Below are positions 38,330-40,349 of a stretch of 40,349 nucleotides of DNA, in pieces. The notes beneath the pieces were generated by a model, which made no database searches, was not told where the DNA came from, and was given only the letters and a program-made list of their open reading frames with translations. Source of the stretch: Cellulomonas sp. (GTDB lineage Bacteria; Actinomycetota; Actinomycetes; Actinomycetales; Cellulomonadaceae); assembly GCA_031178805.1 (NCBI GenBank), contig JAPSIJ010000001.1, positions 1-40,349 on the forward strand. The letters are read 5' to 3'. Position numbers and translations under genes: made by a program. Numbering within the stretch: position 1 is the first letter of the stretch; every line of letters begins with the position of its first letter.

Positions 38330-39095
38330 GCAGCCGGGCGGCCTCCGGCTGCGCTGCGAGCAGGGGCCGGTCGGCGGGCGCGCCGCCGCCGCGGGGGCGG
38401 ACGCGGTGGTCGTGGTGGACGTGCTGTCGTTCACGACGACCGTGTCGGTCGCCGTCGACCGGGGGATCGCCGTGCACCCGTACCCGTGGCCCGCCGGCGG
38501 GGGCGCCGACGACGGGGCCGCCGCGTACGCCCGGCGGCACGACGCCGTGCTGGCCGTGCGGCGCCGGGACGCCCGCCCGGGGGACGTCACCCTGTCGCCC
38601 GCCGGGATGCGCGCGGCCGACGGGGTCGCGCGGGTGGTGCTGCCCTCCCCGAACGGCGCCACGCTCGCGCACGACCTCGGACGCGGCGCCCCGGTGCTGC
38701 TCGCGGCGTCGCTGCGGAACGCGACGGCGGTCGCCCGCTGGCTCGCCGCCCGGCTGGACGACGGCGCGACCGTCGCCGTGGTGGCCGCGGGGGAGCGGTG
38801 GCCCGACGGCTCGCTGCGTCCGGCGGTCGAGGACCTCTGGGGCGCGGGCGCGGTGCTCGGCACCCTGCTCCGGCTGACCGGCGCCGACGCGTCCCCGGAG
38901 GTGCGCGCGGCGGTGGCGGCGCACGCCGCGGTCGCCGGCCACGAGGCCGCGGCGCTGGCCGCCTGCGTGACCGGGCGCGAGCTCGCCGCGGGCGGCTGGC
39001 ACGAGGACGTCCGCATCGCGGCGGAGGCCGACGCGAGCGACGCGGTGCCGGTGCTCCGCGCCGGGGCGTTCGTGGACGCGCGGTCGCTACGATGA
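38322..39095 (+). CDS. 2-phosphosulfolactate phosphatase (ComB) family protein
   Basis: [36 protein letters not shown] motifs; overlaps the cofE stop. Confidence 0.85.
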   Translation: MTEQPGGLRLRCEQGPVGGRAAAAGADAVVVVDVLSFTTTVSVAVDRGIAVHPYPWPAGGGADDGAAAYARRHDAVLAVRRRDARPGDVTLSPAGMRAADGVARVVLPSPNGATLAHDLGRGAPVLLAASLRNATAVARWLAARLDDGATVAVVAAGERWPDGSLRPAVEDLWGAGAVLGTLLRLTGADASPEVRAAVAAHAAVAGHEAAALAACVTGRELAAGGWHEDVRIAAEADASDAVPVLRAGAFVDARSLR

Positions 39096-39100
39096 CAACC

Positions 39101-39334
39101 ATGTCCCGTCTCGCGCGCATCACGACGGACCCGGCGGTCTGCCACGGGCAGCCGGTGGTCCGCGGGCTGCGCTACCCGGTGAGCATGCTCCTGGAGCTCA
39201 TGGCCTCCGGGATGACCACGTTGGAGATTCTCGACGACTACCCGGACCTGGAGCACGACGACCTGCTCGCCGCCCTCGAGTACGGCGCGCTCGCCTCGGG
39301 CGGCCACACGGTCACGACGATCCCCGCGGCGTGA
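39101..39334 (+). CDS. DUF433 family antitoxin
   Basis: RITTDPAVCHGQPVVRGLR, GMTTLEILDDYPDL...D..AAL.Y; alternative ATG at 39092. Confidence 0.9.
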   Translation: MSRLARITTDPAVCHGQPVVRGLRYPVSMLLELMASGMTTLEILDDYPDLEHDDLLAALEYGALASGGHTVTTIPAA

Positions 39335-39708
39335 AGTTCCTCGTCGACGCGCAGCTGCCAGCACGGCTCGCGCGTGCGCTCACGCAGGCCGGGCACGACG
39401 CCTCGCACACCAGCCAGCTGCCGGACGGCAACCGGTCGTCGGACGCCGCCGTCGCGGCGGCGGCTGACGTGGAGGGTCGGGTGGTCGTCACCAAGGACGC
39501 GGACTTCCGGATCTCCCATCAGCTCCGCGGGAAGCCGCGACGCGTGCTGATCGTCGCTGTGGGCAACGTCGGCAACGGTGACCTGCTCGCCGCGGTGCTC
39601 GCGCACCTGGAGACGATCGTGTCGGCGTTCGACGAGGCCGACCACGTCCAGCTCACCGCCACGCAGATCGTCGCGTGGGCGCGCCGCCCGGCTGACGAGT
39701 CCCGCTGA
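39331..39708 (+). CDS. DUF5615 / PIN-like toxin
   Basis: MKFLVDAQLP, GHDA.H, VVVTKDADF; GTGA overlap with DUF433 gene. Confidence 0.88.
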   Translation: MKFLVDAQLPARLARALTQAGHDASHTSQLPDGNRSSDAAVAAAADVEGRVVVTKDADFRISHQLRGKPRRVLIVAVGNVGNGDLLAAVLAHLETIVSAFDEADHVQLTATQIVAWARRPADESR

Positions 39709-39721
39709 GCGGCGCCGCGGC

Positions 39722-40099
39722 TCAGCCCTGCTGCGCCGCCGCGATCTGCGCGGACTGGCCGGTCGCTCCCGGCTCGCCGCCCGGGATCGGCTCCGCGATC
39801 ACCGCGGTGCCGTAGGCGCAGACCTCGCTGAACTGGCCGATCGAGTCGGTGTCGAACCGCATCGCGACGATGGCGTTGGCGCCCCGGCGCACGGCCTCCT
39901 CGGTCATGCGGCGCATCACCTCGTGGCGGGACTCGTACATGATCTTCGTGTACTCGGGGATCTCCCCGCCGCCGATGGACCGGAAGCCCGCCGTGAAGTT
40001 CGCCCCGATGTTGGTGGCGCGGACGGTCAGGCCCATGACCTCGCCGAGGACCGCCTGGATGCGGTAGCCGGGGATCTCGTTGCTGGTGACCACGATCAT
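39722..40099 (-). CDS. YbjQ/UPF0145 family protein
   Basis: GEVMGLTVR, GGEI.EYT, GANAIVAMRFD, AYGTAV. Confidence 0.92.
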   Translation of the reverse strand: MIVVTSNEIPGYRIQAVLGEVMGLTVRATNIGANFTAGFRSIGGGEIPEYTKIMYESRHEVMRRMTEEAVRRGANAIVAMRFDTDSIGQFSEVCAYGTAVIAEPIPGGEPGATGQSAQIAAAQQG

Positions 40100-40154
40100 G
40101 CGGGCGAGCCTGTCACGTCGCGGGGACGCACCGCGCGGGCCGCGGGGGTGAGGT

Positions 40155-40349
40155 TCAGCCCTTCGCCGCCCGGGCCGCCGCCTTGGCGGCCTTCTTCGTC
40201 TCGCGGACCCTGCCGAGGGTCTCCGGGTCGCGCACGTCGGCGATCGACCGGAACTCCTCGTCGCCGTAGGCGCCGGCCGCCTCCCGCCAGCCCGCGGGCG
40301 TCACGCCCCGCTGTTTGCCGAGCAGCGCCAGGAAGATGCGCGCCTTCTG
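40155..40349 (-). CDS. HhH-GPD-type base excision repair protein, C-terminal part; start is outside the window
   Basis: Manual translation QKARIFLALLGKQRGVTPAGWREAAGAYGDEEFRSIADVRDPETLGRVRETKKAAKAAARAAKG*. Confidence 0.82.
   Translation of the reverse strand, partial: QKARIFLALLGKQRGVTPAGWREAAGAYGDEEFRSIADVRDPETLGRVRETKKAAKAAARAAKG

Noticed and set aside
38322-39095. Coenzyme M biosynthesis pathway
   Set aside because: Only a ComB-family gene is present; no comA, comC or comDE in the window
42-39645. Numerous long Arg/Ala/Pro/Gly-rich overlapping ORFs in the track
   Set aside because: Alternative-frame artefacts of very high GC; each overlaps a gene with recognisable motifs

Overview
Very high-GC actinobacterial chromosome segment; gene content and order suggest a Cellulomonas-like member of the Micrococcales (inference). 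The conserved core is the divergent tRNA-Gly/tRNA-Pro pair, tig-clpP1-clpP2-clpX and valS. Around it lie cysK-cysE, mgsA, a stand-alone ftsW-like gene, a phosphomutase/DUF3090/SCO1664 trio, a polar amino-acid ABC transporter, a Pls (epsilon-poly-L-lysine synthetase)-type membrane NRPS with M1 aminopeptidase and Sfp-type PPTase, a sortase-anchored GH43 arabinanase, a LysR/MFS pair, an F420 operon (LLM oxidoreductase-cofE-ComB-like phosphatase) and a DUF433/PIN toxin-antitoxin pair. No integrase, transposase, cas gene or true CRISPR array was seen. The most notable unannotated signals are (i) a 31-codon leader ORF ending in Cys-Arg-Cys-Arg (both TGT) plus a hairpin upstream of cysK, (ii) a 315-bp element of 45-bp-family repeats in two opposed arms with 9-bp modularity inside the Pls cluster, (iii) a ComB-like phosphatase coupled to cofE, (iv) mutually exclusive hairpins in the valS leader, and several operator-like sites. 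Family names come from motif recognition, not database searches; start codons were picked by eye.
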